A stretch of DNA of 63,363 bases, the filler included, from Octopus bimaculoides (taxonomy: Eukaryota): NCBI RefSeq assembly GCF_001194135.2. It is 5 parts of 4 records of this genome, joined end to end, with 100 filler letters (N's around TTAATTAATTAA, not from the genome) between each part and the next. Parts side by side here need not be neighbours in the genome. Positions count along the whole stretch, not along the records: positions 1 to 29,677 come from NC_068998.1; positions 29,778 to 40,380 come from NC_068985.1; 3 more parts are not named here. One strand, written 5' to 3'. The notes under the pieces were generated by a model. It was not told the DNA's origin, searched no databases, and saw nothing but the letters and a program-made list of their open reading frames with translations. Below, one piece after another: positions 22,995 to 38,247 of the stretch (positions are counted from its first letter, which is position 1; every line of letters begins with the position of its first letter). A program made the translations under genes and the position numbers.

Positions 22995-23135
22995 ACACAA
23001 GGCCAGTAATTTTGAGGGAAAGAGGAAAGTGATTCCATCGACCCCAGTGCTAAACTGGTATTTATTTTATCGACCCCCCAAAAGGTTGAAAGACCGAAGG
23101 TATGCCGCTAAGCATTGTGTCTGGCGTGTAAGAGA
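22995..23135 (-). mobile_element. SINE C fragment with internal deletion
   Basis: catcgaccccagtgctaaactggtatttattttatcgacc. Confidence 0.75.
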
Positions 23136-24365
23136 CATTGGCAGCTTGACCCCTGAGGAATAATTTAGGCATAAGGATAACTAACAATAACAATACTAAC
23201 TGCTCTAATTTTGGCAGAACACCTGAAATCGAGTGATGGAGTAGTCGATTAAATATACTCTAGTACTTAGTGATACTCTATTTTATCTGCCCTCGAAACA
23301 ATGAAAGGCAAAGTTGACATAGAAGAGATATAAATGTAGATTGTAAAGAACTTGAAACAATACTGCAGGATATTTTTCCTGATCTTCTGCTGATTCTGCC
23401 TGTCGAAAGTGAAAACAGTATCATAGACATACTAAAATTATACAAACTATACTTGGGTGCACAACATTACACAATCCAAAATATAACCTTGATAAGCACA
23501 GCCCGAGTCCTACACTTCACACTTTCATTTCAACAATACATGTCTCTGTACACAGTATGTAATTTATATAACAGCCACTCAATAAACTGGGACAACACAT
23601 ATTCTTACATAATCGATATCCAATACTACATCACTATCATTTCATACAACTCACATTTTATGCACAGCAGTCACCCATTAATATAACACTCTATTCACAC
23701 AGCCCGTGCTATCCACAATCGATGTCTAATACTAAAACACATCACAAGAATCACACAATACATACGAAATAGAAACATCGCCCATCAAAATAACACAACT
23801 CACATCGCATATATTCCACATAACAGAATAAAATGTTAAATTAACCCCAGGAACAACAAAATAAATTCCACAACAAAGCAAAATTAATATAGTATACAAA
23901 CTCGATTCTACATTTTCAGTCAATGGTTCATATATATCGTAACATGGATGTGTTCATGATGGTGCAATAGAAACTCATATAAAATTGCTGAAAACTTGAT
24001 TAAAAATAACATCGACAACGACGACNNNNNNNNNNNNNNNNNNNNNNNNNNNNNNNNNNNNNNNNNNNNNNNNNNNNNNNNNNNNNNNNNNNNNNNNNNN
24101 NNNNNNNNNNNNNNNNNNNNNNNNNNNNNNNNNNNNNNNNNNNNNNNNNNNNNNNNNNNNNNNNNNNNNNNNNNNNNNNNNNNNNNNNNNNNNNNNNNNN
24201 NNNNNNNNNNNNNNNNNNNNNNNNNNNNNNNNNNNNNNNNNNNNNNNNNNNNNNNNNNNNNNNNNNNNNNNNNNNNNNNNNNNNNNNNNNNNNNNNNNNN
24301 NNNNNNNNNNNNNNNNNNNNNNNNNNNNNNNNNNNNNNNNNNNNNNNNNNNNNNNNNNNNNNNNN

Positions 24366-25330
24366 GGTCGTGATTTCTTTTATTTGTCACCAGGGCGAAG
24401 GATGAGGGGACAATGCAAAAACAGACACAAAGTGTTGGGGTCTACATGTAATGTAATGGTAAAATAAATAAATATATAAATAAATAAATAACAAAAAAAT
24501 AAAGAAAAAGGCTTAAGTATACACGGTATACAATGAAAAGGAAAGTATACATACATAGTATACATAGGTAAAAAAAGAAGTTGGGAGAATAATAGTGAGG
24601 AAGTCCTGGTACAGGATGATCTCTAGGGATAATCGAGGAACCCCCACCGTCCAAGATCTCCCTGAACACCAAGGGCAAGGTCATCTCCAATTCCTTTTCT
24701 CCGACTTACTACAGCTCTACACTTAGAGAGGTAGAATCCACTCTTGCCATTTCTGTAACTTTCACTCACTTTTCAATAAACTCACTCGAGGACAGTTCTT
24801 CCTTCTCCGCCCTCAATTTCCTTTTCAAGTGAAACTTGAAAAAGTCGATGAGGCTTCTACCAAAGAGGAATGTATCTGTCCTCATGCCTTTCAGTCTCGT
24901 CCACCAGACAACCTCTTTCGCCATCACCCCAAGGCAAAATAAAACTACCTTGCATGTCCAATTAAAGGAGATCGGCGAGGTAACCATCACTATGGACTCG
25001 GCCGATAGAGGGATCCGTCCCACGGCCGGGCAAATTATTCAAGTTGCGTGCAGAATCTAGCATGGGATGGGGAGTAAACGTTCATGGCAAAGAAAGGTGT
25101 GCGAAAGGCATGAAGAGACGTCCCAGGAGGGGAACAGGATTGGGTTAATCAAGAAAATCTAATAAATCCATGATTTCATTACATCCAAGGACAAGTGCTC
25201 GTCCAGGTGTGTTCTCTCCAGTCTACACCTGTATTTTCACGCAGCCTTTTCCATAAATTTTATGGACGGCAGTGCTTGGCCTTTTGGCTCTCACTCTTGT
25301 TCAAGTGAAATACTGACCGCATTAGAAAGT
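24366..25330 (-). mobile_element. Tx1/L1-like LINE 3' end (decayed)
   Basis: Minus strand ILHAT..CPAVGRIPLSAESIV...AKEVVWWTRLKG...FFKFHLKRKLRAE resembles the Tx1-type ORF2 C-terminus; 3' UTR with AATAAA beside the gap. Confidence 0.6.
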
Positions 25331-25522
25331 TATATCTTCAATCCTGTTAATAATGTCTACTATGCAATCACTTACGCCACAGTCAGCTGACAGAGGAAAA
25401 CTCCCCATCCCGGTTAAAGAAAGACAGGGGAGAGGAAATCTCATGATAGAATCGGTTGATGGTGACATCAATTGTTAGGTATTACTCTATAGCCATGTAT
25501 CCATGCTAGTAATTGATTTCAA

Positions 25523-25717
25523 GTTCTGGCACGAGGCCAGCAAGTTCTGGAAAGCGATAAGTCGATTAGATCGACCCCAGTGCTCAACTGGTACTTATTT
25601 TATCGACGCCAAAAGGATGATAGGCAAAGTCGACCTCTGCGGAATTTGACCTCAGGACGTAAAGACATATGAAATGCTGCTAAGCGTGGGCTAAAGATTC
25701 TGCCAGATCGCCGCCTT
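25523..25717 (-). mobile_element. SINE C
   Basis: gatcgaccccagtgctcaactggtacttattttatcgac...ggcaaagtcgacctctgcggaatttga. Confidence 0.85.
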
Positions 25718-26723
25718 GTCTATGCTGGTAATTAATATCATTTTAGTTGGCAGAAGTGTGCTGGATTGTGGGATTTGCAATTTTAAGCATCCATGAGATC
25801 TTAGGGCAAATCGTGTCGGAATCGATGCAAAATATATTCAAATAGCGTAAGGAGTCGCTTCAAATAAATTTTACCCTTGCAAAAGTTTCGCTTGTAGCTA
25901 ATAAGACATACTTTATGGATCTAGCCAGAAGAATTGCTGTGGGGGAAGACATTCAGTGAACAAGTATAAGTCCAAAATACTTTATGGATTTTGGCAAGAT
26001 AATTGAGTGAAGAATGGAATATATTAGAATATGTAAATTAGACACTATTTAAATTCACTTCAGATCACATGACAATAGATTTTACATTTTGTACTACGTT
26101 GGTAATTACATTGCTACGTCACGCAAACATAGCCATGTGGTTAAAAAGTTTGTTCCTCAACCATGAGGTTGTGAATCGATGCCTCTGCATGGGCAACTAT
26201 CGCGCGCGTGTGTATGTGTGCGTGGGCGTGCGTGTGTGCGTGGGCGTGTGTGTGTGCGCGCGCTTGCATGTGTGTGTGTATGTGCGTGCGTGTATGTGTG
26301 TGTCTTTTTGTGTGTAATCTCACTGTCTAAATGACAGTGAGATAATATGGGAACATGATAAACGAAGAAGACAGTTATGTATGAACACCTCTTATCGGTC
26401 ACGGATAGGGACCAGAATCAGTGTATTTTCGGTAAGTTTAAGTCCGGATACTTTATCTCACGCGACTAATTCTCTGGATGCTCAAGTAATGGTAAAACAT
26501 CACAGGGATACGGACCATTTCAAAGGAAAACGAATTATAACAGGGAGGGCATCAGCATACGAGTGAGACAAAAAATTAATGGCAAAAATGCAAGTAATAC
26601 AGTCCAAAAGAAATACGAGAGTATTGTCTTACCACTCAACACAGAAAAAAAACAGAGAGAAAGCTAGCGTGAATGAAGGAACAGAGATGTTTGTTTTAGT
26701 AGAAGTTGGTTGGAAGAAAAAGT

Positions 26724-26822
26724 GAGAAAGAAAGAAAGAAAGAAAGAAAGAAATAAATAAATAAAGAAAGAAAGAAAGAAAGAAAGAAAGGAAGAAAGAA
26801 AGAAAGAAAGAAAAAAGAAAGA
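26724..26822. repeat. (AAAG)n microsatellite
   Basis: Direct reading. Confidence 0.9.
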
Positions 26823-27589
26823 AAATGCGATAAAAACTGAGTGAGATCCAATGAGAGCAGGTAGCTAGGGAGGAAGATTGAGAGGATGGGAATGAAAGAG
26901 GTAGCGAGGCGAATAAGATAGGAATATGATCTAACTTTAATGAGTGCAGTGTCTTCATAAGATAAGCTGAATAAAGTTCAGTGTGAGAAAGGTCAAGTGA
27001 AAAACCAGTAAAATTGAATTGAACCAGTAGTAACAGTAGCATGGTCCAAAAAAGAAAGTTGAAAGGATGAGAAAAGATGAGAGAGGAATAGAAAATTATG
27101 AAATGGGGAGGAAATGAGTTAGGGACAGTGAGAGCAAATAACAAGAGCAGAGAGAAAGACAGTGAGAGTGAGTAAGGAAGAGACAGCTGGGCGAAAAGAT
27201 ATACTAATCACTGTGAAAGAGCAAGAGCATTTATAGATAGACAGTGATAAACGAAACTATGCGCTAGGCATAAATACTGTCAAAACAGTGAGATTACATG
27301 GAAGACGCGTAACAGAAAAAGACGTTTAACTAAACATAGAACACCACTCGTCAGCCATGGGAACCTGGATCAGCATAGTTTGGGAGCGTTTAAATCCTGA
27401 AACTTCATTCCATACTCGAATGGATACACCAGTGATGGTAATGTATTACATATGCATATACACTTAGAACTACATACACAGACACAAACTATATATGGGG
27501 AATAAAATCAATAAGCAACAGGATATCAAGTAGTGATACAGTACGACCGTTTCAAGTGGCTCCATTTAATTGAACAATGCAAACCTTAC

Positions 27590-28705
27590 TTTGAGGTGTG
27601 CGGAAAATATCGGACTGACTTCATACTTCAACTTAAGTACCTAATTCAACTGAATCTCAATTATATATAAAGATTATTGAATATTAATTTAAACGGCTGT
27701 AAGAAGCAAAGATGACCAATTTGCTAAGAATGAATAATTGTTAACTTCCTTATCTCCATTTTATTTTTATTCTTTTAACTGAATATAAACTATACGCTTA
27801 ATATATACCTACTGTTTTAAGGGAATCTCATCCCCCAACAGTACTAGGTATTGAACCAGTATTTCCTTGGATGCAACCATCCCTTTACGATATCAAAAAG
27901 TGCCCGCACTAGTCCCGTAGCGCACCAACAGATGACAGCATACGGTTGCGTGTGAAGTGAGAGTTAGTAATGACCTTCATGAGGCAGTGTGCCGAGTGAC
28001 ATCGCTGTGTTTACTCTGCAAGTTGTGGATTTCTGTTTTTGTCGTCACGTGTATGCTGTAGTCAGTGATTTTGCCATGGACAGGAACAAAGAACCAGCGT
28101 GAAATTTTGCGTTAAACTTGGGACGTCTGCTACAGAGACATTGAGCATGCTTCGGGAAGCTTACGGTGACATAGCAATGGGTCGCACACAATGTTTCGAG
28201 TAGCACTGGCGCTTCAAAACCGGAAGAATGTCTTAGAAGACGATGAGCGATCTGGAAGACCTACCACAAGCGTTATCCCAGGAAATGTGGTAGTGTGCAT
28301 CGAGAATTCAACCCCCTGGGTTCTTCTGTGACGTCTTGAAGTGTTTGAAGGAGGATATTCGGCAAAAGTGACCGAATTGGATTCTTCACGGCGGCAATGC
28401 ACTCTGTCAACGAGCTCTCTTCACTCGTGAGTGTCTCACTAAAAGCAACATAGTATCGCTGCTACGTCCGCCCTATTCGCTAGATTTAGCACCTCCAGAC
28501 TTCCATCTCTTCCCCAATATGAAAATGCAGCTCAAAGGTCGCCGTTTTAGCACCGTTGTCAAGACTCAGATAGAGACGCAGAAGGTCGACTCGCTTACAG
28601 AAAACGACTTCGAGGCCGGATTCCAAAAATGGTAGGAACGCTGGGACCGGTGTATTGCTGCGCAAGGTGACTATTTCGAAGGAGATGATATTAAAACTTA
28701 AGTAA
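27590..28705 (+). mobile_element. Internally deleted mariner transposon (irritans-like) pseudogene
   Basis: KFCVKLGTSATETLSMLREAYGDIAMGRTQCFE, EDDERSGRPTTS, PPYSLDLAPPDFHLFPNMKMQLKGRRF and RWDRCIAAQGDYFEGD; the middle of the transposase is missing. Confidence 0.85.
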
Positions 28706-28754
28706 ATAAATTATTTTTTATTAAACATAACTATTTTTTATTAAATATAACTAG

Positions 28755-28905
28755 GCTTCTTCCAATTACTGTCTATCAAATCCACGCACAAGGCTCTGGT
28801 CGCCCGTAGGCTGTAGTAGAGGACACTTAACCAATGTACCATGCAGTGGGACTGAACCCGGAGCCATGTGGCTAGAAAGCAAACTTCTCACCTCACATCC
28901 ACGCC
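28755..28905 (-). mobile_element. SINE B 5' half
   Basis: gcagtgggactgaacccggagccatgtggctagaaagcaaacttc. Confidence 0.85.
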
Positions 28906-28998
28906 TGTATATATATATATATATATATNNNNNNNNNNNNNNNNNNNNNNNNNNNNNNNNNNNNNNNNNNNNNNNNNNNNNNNNNNNNNNNNNNNNNN

Positions 28999-29065
<67 letters not shown>

Positions 29066-29777
29066 GCACATATAAAGTGTGTGAACAGTTACATGTACGA
29101 CTACTACTGTGAGTTAGAGCTCCCCACAAGTTAACATTATCCAATCAGCTTCCCATATGGTAGTTCGATGACCACTGTACTTGACTGTGTTACTCGTTAT
29201 ATTAGATCTTCGTGACAGAATGTAATAAAGTGTTGCCCTGATGATCCATTGCAGTTAGGCATCCAAATGCACTTGGAACATACAATGCTGTGTTCCAAAT
29301 AACTACAATAGTGAGATGAACGTAGAAATTAAATATTTTGAGCAAAAGACCCAGCTAAAAGAGCAGCCAAATGCATCTCACATTTCACCATATCAACTTG
29401 AAAATGTGAAGCACATATTTAATACATCGATATTGTAGCTCCAAATGCTTCTAAAATAGTACAATGGTTGACGTTTGGCCTTCAGCTAAACAAAAATGAC
29501 AATATGATTATTATTGTTGTTGATATTGTTAGGTTTATTGTGATCTTAGCTGTTGTTGTTGTTGTTGTTGTATGATGATGATGTTCACTGTGGTAATAAC
29601 GGCGGTCATTGTGGTGTTGAGGATTAAGATGGATGATATTGGAAGTGATAATGGTGGTGGTGGTGGTGGTGGTGGTGNNNNNNNNNNNNNNNNNNNNNNN
29701 NNNNNNNNNNNNNNNNNNNNNTTAATTAATTAANNNNNNNNNNNNNNNNNNNNNNNNNNNNNNNNNNNNNNNNNNNN

Positions 29778-29824
<47 letters not shown>

Positions 29825-29841
29825 CACACACACACACACAC

Positions 29842-29887
<46 letters not shown>

Positions 29888-30749
29888 CCATACACACATA
29901 TACATATATATACACATATACACACATACGCATATGCATATATATACACATATACCTACTTACATATACACACATAATACAAACATATACATATATATAT
30001 ATACATACATACACATACACAAACATATATATATATACATATATATACACATACATATATATATATATATAGACACATATATACATATATATACATACAC
30101 ACATACGCATATACGCCCATATACATACATACACATACACACACACATACACACACACACACATATATATATATATATGTATANNNNNNNNNNTATATAT
30201 ATTCACCTACACACACATACACATACACATATATATGTGTTATTAGGGAGTCAAAATTCGCCAGAAAAAAATTGATCATATTGCAATGTGATGTTAATTC
30301 AAATAGAAAATTAAAGAACGAAGCTTATATTCTGCTAAAAGCCAATAAAGGATACGCAATCAAAAATAACATAAGATTATAGAATATAAGTTATTAAATG
30401 GATTAATTAATTAAATTGATTTATATTCAGATATACACCCTTTAAAAACTGGACCCATGATTTACAATAACCTAATAAAAAACATATAAGAGATGGATTA
30501 AATGGGAAGAACCAGCAATTAAGGAAATTTTCAATATTTTCTACACAAAACACATTTATAAACGGGAAAGTACAATCAACTATGAGCAAAAAAATCACTC
30601 TATTATAACACTATACCATATTAAATCTGAGCGCATTTAGTATAATATTTGGTTAAGGCAAAATCAAATTAAACTATACAGTAATCCTAACCCAACTAAA
30701 ATATATTAATAATGTCTATTCATAGAACGAAAATGTATGTTTATTCATA

Positions 30750-32322
30750 TGTAAGCATCTGAAAGCCTTAAATGTAATTTTATTAATTAGGTCTCAGTTG
30801 GAAAGAAGTATAAAAAATAACTCCAAGTTACATAAGAAACAGCAATCTTTACCTTTGTTGTACGGAAATAGTTTACCTATAATTGACCATTCCAGAGAGT
30901 GCTCTTTATTCTGATCTTTCAACTGCCAACTTAAACTACTAAGCGCCGTGCTATTTTGTTTATTCCTATCTCTAAAGGTCGAGTAATGATTGGAAATTGT
31001 TTTCGAGATTTCAAGTGAAGATGTCCCGATATAACTCTAAATCCTCTTTTTAGTTAAAATATTACACCTATATACACTATTCTTAGTTTTTGCATTTGCA
31101 CTCAGGAATCTAATTCTATTAGGATTAATTTCAGATATTACTATTATGTTGTTATTATTAAAATTGGTACTCTTATTATGATCCCGGTGTACTTGAAGAT
31201 TATCTATAACAGTGTCTCTTGGAGTATTAAGATTGCTATCTATATTTATGCTAATATAATCTTCAACAGTATTAGAGGTAAATAGCTTTAAGTTATGATT
31301 GGCGATAATTTGGGTTAAAGTTTTGGTATTAAAAAACCCAAACCTTACCTTATGCGTGTTAATGACTTTATAGTAATGCGAATTTTTAGGAAAAGTTTTA
31401 CTAATTACATTCCTGAACAATGTAACTAAGTCTGATTTAATTTGTTTCCCATATGGAATGACGAACCATAAACTATCCTCTTTATTGGAACTATAATTTT
31501 CACTATTATTCTTAAAAAAAACTTTAGTCTACCTTTGTTAGTGTAAGATACACGACCATGGCATTGTGGCCCACCGCTGTTCTTTCTTACTAAGTTATTA
31601 TTATCACTATTATTAGTATTAATGTTATAACTGACTTTGCTACAATTAACATCTGCCTTAGAGGAAACAGAATCTGGATTAATGTAATACACCTTATCTT
31701 TATACCCTGCTTCAGACAAGGCAGAGTTATAAAACTTTGCCTCATCCTCAAAAACCAAATTATTTGCCGATAGGTTAGATAATGATATATTATGAACTAA
31801 ATTATCTGTTATTGCTTTGGGATGATTGCTAAATGTGCTAATGTATTTAAGGTTTGTTGAAGGTTTATGATATGGTCTGTAAGATTTATTGTGCAGGTCG
31901 AGTGATACATCTAAAAATTAGCTAAAGATGTGTTACCTTCATATAACCTTCAAAAGTTATATGCATTCCCATTCTACGAAAATATCTAGCTAATCTATTT
32001 TTCACCCTTTGTACCTGATGCTTCGAGCTATTCCTGAGATATAAGAGACAATCATCCCTATATAGACCCCCTCTAATATTTGGGAATTGATCTACCATTT
32101 CATTAAGTGTAAAGGAACATGTTACATCAGCAATCTGTGCTGAATCAGAACTGCCCATAGGTACATCAAATGCATCAGTGGTATCCTTACGAATCTAAAC
32201 TTTGTTATTAAATTTAATAAAGGATCTTATAGCGGCTGAAACAACATTAATCTCATCCCTAGTAAGCCCTAATTTATTGTGTATAAACCACAATGCCTTA
32301 TTTAGTACAACTGGATTAATTG

Positions 32323-32335
<13 letters not shown>
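30750..32335 (-). mobile_element. Penelope-like element pseudogene (RT, linker, GIY-YIG)
   Basis: YPSI..VLNKAL, MGSSDSAQIAD...GGLYRDD, FYNSALSEAGY, FPKNSHYYKVIN, and QNSTALSSLSWQLK...CCFLCNLE across broken frames. Confidence 0.9.
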
Positions 32336-32413
<78 letters not shown>

Positions 32414-34733
32414 CACACAACGAACGTCTTCGAGATTCCGTCTACCAAATCGACCCACAAAGCTGTAGTTGACTCGAGGCAAGCTTCTCTCTACACACAA
32501 TATATATTTAAATAAGTGCATATATATAAGTATGCGCATATATATCTAAGTAAGCATCAATGGATTAGAATGAGATATACTCAACGCTATGTAATAGAGT
32601 GCGCTGAATATAACCATATTCTGGTTTGCGTGTGACTGATGAGAGAATCACAAAATATAGAAAAAAATATATATGCCAATGTTAGCGACATATGTAAATT
32701 AATATTTTTGTTCCTCAGAAATCCCTGTGTTGCATCATGAAGCTCGCTTGCTGTGAATTTTCCCAGAAAAGTATCATTATAAACTTTATCTTTATTTTAA
32801 CGAGACTGCAATCTAGCAATGAGTACAATGAATTAATGTGTTGAAGTTTTAAATATATAAGTATAATGTCATGTCATAATTGATTAACGACAGAGATTAA
32901 CTGAATAATTGCTAGTAACTACTAAGATGATGGGACTTTCATATTGGTTCAATCCAGGGAAGCTACAAGTGATAGAGTGATTAATCCTGGGAAAGTGTTA
33001 ATTATTAATCTATTCATACAGTTGTTGTTCTAATTTATTCGTGTTTACTATTGTGATATCTGCTAAAAGTTTTTGAATTGATATTTTCATAGTTTAAAGA
33101 TATATTAATGCTGTAGCATATGGAGTTATATTTAGGTATTGTATAAGAGATATTGATTTTAGTTATGTATGGATAATGATTATAGTTCTAGCTACCGAAA
33201 CTAGCATTCATTATATTTAGTAATACATGAAAATCTGCCTTTGGAAATATCCTACTTTTCAACAGAACAAAAAGATCTTTTGAAAACAATCCATTAGCGT
33301 GTACTTCATTTTCAATAATAATTAGATTGTAACGGTAAAATCATATTCTATCAGTACATTATATATTGTGTTTTTGTTAAAATTCATAAAATTCTAAATA
33401 CTTATACGTATTTCAATTTCACTGGTCATTTTCATTTCCATGTCAAATTTATAAATGTAATACCCAGGAGAGTTTACTACGAAGTAGACTTTCTATCGGT
33501 CACTAAAACAAAATAAATATGCAAAACGGATGATATAGTACAATTCCCATACCGGTAGAATGGGCTCTGGTTAAATCACTATAATTTCGTTGAATAATGA
33601 CTGAGATTTGAATAAATTAACCAATACGTATCACCTCTTTTTTTCCGAAATGTAATTGCAAGCAATCTCAGCACGGAAATTATTTTTCAGCTTTCAGTCC
33701 CATTAATCGCCTTGGCATAATTACTATTTAAGATGATATTCCTCATACTATTTATAAAAATAGTATCATTTAAGTTTTGGCGATTTTGTAGATTTTCCGC
33801 CATTGGAAATATATTTTGTCGATTGGAATTGTAAAAGATCGCATTTCATATTAATACTGTAAATATATTTCAAGAAAGTTATTTTTTGTTCACTGATGAG
33901 GGAAGTTTATTGTTTTTAATAAACAATTTTCTGTCGATTTTGATAGTTTCGTGGCTGTGCAATGGTTCGTGACTGAAGACAAGTTATTTCCACCAAGAGT
34001 CTATGTCTGTTAAGCGAACGGTCATTCTGAGTATGATTGAATTATTGAATATCTTCCAACAGGATAAAAAGCGTTGATTTTTTTTGTTTGTTATATGTGG
34101 AATTAAACCATTAAGTTTTAAATTAGGTTTCTAATACATCAATACGATGTGATTTTATGAATATGAAAATATGACTGTTATATTTAGAATTTCTGTGCCT
34201 ATATGCATTCTTTGCCGTTGGAGTTGCGGGTGTGTAAGCATATAACGCCTGGTGATAGTCAGAACTGAGACAATTAAGTGAATGAGCGCAAATTGCAACA
34301 GATGCTCTTTCTCTGTACATGTCGTTTTTGAAATAAGTTAAAACGTAGGTTGATGGTTACTGCGTCTATCGAAAATTCAGTTGTCTTATGTATTGAAATC
34401 GCATGTGTGATGTTTTGCTTTGATCTATTTTGTTGCTTGTGGTCTAAGTATGCAGAAACAAAGGAAAATGTGTCACGTGTTGTTTTTGTGCTGCGTTGAA
34501 AAAGTGAGGATATCCTCTGTCACACTGAGCTTACATATTGTTATGTTTGATACTTTGTGGCTACTCTATATCAGCAGGTTCAGTGAAAGATGTGAGTATG
34601 AAAATTTTGTGTGGTCTTATATTTTGGATAGGAAATTGAACTTAGAATTATTTGAAAACTGTTCTAATTCTTTCAAACTGTTACAAAATCGGCGTTGGTT
34701 ATCAACACAAAAACACACACGCATACACCCGTG

Positions 34734-34785
<52 letters not shown>

Positions 34786-34854
34786 NNNNNNNNNNATATA
34801 TATACACTCTCACACTTACACTCACTCACACACACACTCCCATACACATATATA

Positions 34855-35230
34855 TGATGGCTATGCACTCGTGATAGAGGAAGTCCACCACTGTCCACTA
34901 AGAACACTTTGCTCTCCCACAAAATTATTTTTAGACGAGTGTCTTTGCTGGTACTAATGAGACAAACTCTTGAGTGACACACGCTCGCAGATACAGCAAA
35001 TGATATTTCCAGCATTCACTACACTGGTGATCGTTATTGAGCATTTCGTTTTAAATTCAGCATGCTAAATACATGTTTCCTCAAACATATCCACTCCATC
35101 CGTTAATTGTTTCTCTCACTGGGACAATGGTGCATAAAATGAGCAATCCGAAGATCCCTAAGCAGATGCTATGGGATGAACTTGTTTGTAGAGATCCCAG
35201 AAGAAACAAGGACTACAGTTTAAAGATTAT
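34855..35230 (+). mobile_element. RTE-like LINE C-terminal remnant
   Basis: DGYALVIEE and VHKMSNPKIPKQMLWDEL resemble the RTE GHV.RM...RIPKQ.LYGEL motif. Confidence 0.55.
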
Positions 35231-35293
35231 AAGGGCAGTTGAAGTCACGTGGGTTATACATACATACATACATACATACCTATTTGCATACAA

Positions 35294-35330
<37 letters not shown>

Positions 35331-36611
35331 TAGATAGATAGATACGGTTTTGTTTCCGTTTCCGTCTATGAAATATACTCACAATGATTTGTCGGCTCGC
35401 GAAGTGGAAGACACATCCCTATAGTGTCATGAAGTGGGACAGAATTTATGCGTGAACTGTTTTAAATTTTATGCAGGAATAATACAATATGTGGTCCTGA
35501 TTGTATAAAATGATGTAATAAGTTTTCAACTTCATGCAACGACACATATATTTATCATCCAGAATCGTTGACGGATTTAAAACTGTAAAACTTATATAAT
35601 AACCGAATATCATATTTTTCAGGTATTAAAATTGAAGTAGCTCACCTATATATTTAGTATGTATCAAAATATTTTAGTAATATGCTTATATGCATATGTG
35701 TATATATGTATACATGTTTCTAATTGTGTATACATGTAAGATATATCAATATTTCACTTCATTCAGACAAATATTTCCCTCATATTCCGAAATTTTACTT
35801 TTGTATTTTCTTTCTTGCTATCATGATTTATTGGGAAAATTGAAATTATCCGCCATGTCTTCTCCGTAGCTAAGAGTAAATGTCATTACACAAATTTCGT
35901 CTTTGTATATTCTATAAATTGTGGACATTGGATTATAATATTAGTGAGCATATTTTTGTCTGTTTCAGTATGTATGTGGATAAGTATTCAGTCATGATTA
36001 TTTCATTTGCTACATAATTTTACTTCCCAGTATCAAAATTTCATACTTATGCGACATCGGTATCTTAAACTATATTCGAGAGCAAATGTCACTTGTGTAA
36101 AGAAACGTTATTTAAAAGGTTAAATCATAGGTCAAGTAAACAAGTTAAGTTTTGAACGACAACACTACCATCCGCATATATACATACATACATACATAGA
36201 ACATAAACATACACACAAACATACTCACATACATGCACATATACACACGTATATATGCATTTATGTGCGTACGTGTGTATATACATATTCACATATTCAT
36301 ACGCTCACGCCCTTATAAGCACTTTCTCCCTACAACACACGCAGAGACACAATGACATGTTACTTCTGAAATACTGAGTATACACACGCACTCACACACG
36401 TACGCACAAACATACACACACATGTATGTGTATATGTCTCTGCGTGTATTTGTCTAAGTAAAATTAATGTACCATCATATTTTCCTAAGTTTTGCAGTCA
36501 CAAATTTTCTTTTCTCTTTATTTGCTTTCCTCCCAACTTATTTCATGAATTCGTAATTCATATCTGTTTTATACGCCTACATCTTATTCCTTATTAAATG
36601 AAACTTATTGC

Positions 36612-36737
36612 ATATTCAGCTGTGTGGTAAGACGTTTGCTTCCCAACCACAATGTTCCAGGTTCAGTCCCATTGAGTAACACCCTGAGCATGTGTCTTCT
36701 AATATTTTGGTAGACGGAAACTGGAAGAAGTCCGTCA

Positions 36738-36769
<32 letters not shown>

Positions 36770-37145
36770 NNNNNNNNNNNNNNNNNNNNNNNNNNNNNNN
36801 NNNNNNNNNNNNNNNNNNNNNNNNNNNNNNNNNNNNNNNNNNNNNNNNNNNNNNNNNNNNNNNNNNNNNNNNNNNNNNNNNNNNNNNNNNNNNNNNNNNN
36901 NNNNNNNNNNNNNNNNNNNNNNNNNNNNNNNNNNNNNNNNNNNNNNNNNNNNNNNNNNNNNNNNNNNNNNNNNNNNNNNNNNNNNNNNNNNNNNNNNNNN
37001 NNNNNNNNNNNNNNNNNNNNNNNNNNNNNNNNNNNNNNNNNNNNNNNNNNNNNNNNNNNNNNNNNNNNNNNNNNNNNNNNNNNNNNNNTTTTGGGCGGTG
37101 CTCCAGCAAGGCCACCGTCAAATGACTGAAACAAGTAAAAGAATA
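36612..37145 (+). mobile_element. SINE B spanning an assembly gap
   Basis: Head/CORE at 36612-36740 and tail ggcggtgctccagc...tgactgaaac at 37090-37145. Confidence 0.75.
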
Positions 37146-37269
37146 CTAGGAGTACGGTTCGTACCACTAAACCAAGAGAGTTCTTTGAATATGCACGATG
37201 TATTTTAAGTCTACATAGTAATTCTGTTTACGCACGCGGATATATTCATGTATACAATTATATATGTGG

Positions 37270-37309
<40 letters not shown>

Positions 37310-37909
37310 GTGCGTGCGTGTGTGTATGCCTGTGTGTGTCTGTGTGTCTGTTTTATGGTGATATATCATATGATCTGGATCATTTTCATCGTGGTTACCA
37401 GCTTGGTAGCTTCCATGAGATGATTGAATAGATATATGTACGGAGAGATAAATTAATTATTTAATTAATCAACTAATAATATCCGCTTTTCATTATTCTA
37501 ATGAAAATTAAGAACGTTTAGTTAACAATAACATTTAGTCGACATGCCAGAACTGATTAGTAACATTAATCCTGTCTGGTATGCGCGAAATGAATTTGAT
37601 ACCACAAGGGTAAAAGACTGCTGTTAAGTCCCGACACACAGATTTCAGTAGGATATTATTTCATTCGTAAATTACGTGAAGCAAAACCTTATCAGTCACC
37701 TGAACTATGTTGGCAAAAAGTATTTACATTTTTCATAGTCGATGAATAAGCATTTATAACAAAGATTCAGCTGCTATTCGTCCTTTGTTTTTCTGTTATT
37801 TCATTTAATTCTATGTCATATAACGATACACAGACACACAAACACAAACTTATTTTGGTTATATTTACTGACATTTATAGATTTCCGTTCTCGTAGCACA
37901 GTGCACGAG

Positions 37910-38092
37910 TCTGTCTCTCTCCCTCTCTCTTCCTCTCTCTTCCTCTCTCTTCCTCTCTCTACCTCTCTCTTTCTCTCTCTTCCTCTCTCTTTCTCTCTCT
38001 TCCTCTCTCTTTCTCTCTCTTCCTCTCTCTTCCTCTCTCTTCCTCTTTCCCACTCTCTCCCTCTCTCCTCTTTCCTTCTCGCTCTCTCTCTC
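37910..38092. repeat. (CT)-rich minisatellite/microsatellite
   Basis: Repeated ttcctctctc-type units. Confidence 0.9.
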
Positions 38093-38247
38093 ATCATATA
38101 TATATANNNNNNNNNNNNNNNNNNNNNNNNNNNNNNNNNNNNNNNNNNNNNNNNNNNNNNNNNNNNNNNNNNNNNNNNNNNNNNNNNNNNNNNNNNNNNN
38201 NNNNNNNNNNNNNNNNNNNNNNNNNNNNNNNNNNNNNNNNATATATA

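Noticed and set aside
29722-29733. TTAATTAATTAA islands inside N-runs (also about 40425-40437, 47829-47840 and 52335-52346)
   Set aside because: An identical 12-mer with stops in all six frames centred in fixed gaps is a scaffolding spacer, not biological sequence.
33965-34030. CTGAAGA...GAACGGTCA, and CTGATGA at about 33895, 32636 and 49719
   Set aside because: No convincing stem II or intact GAAA/NUH arrangement; compatible with chance in AT-rich DNA.
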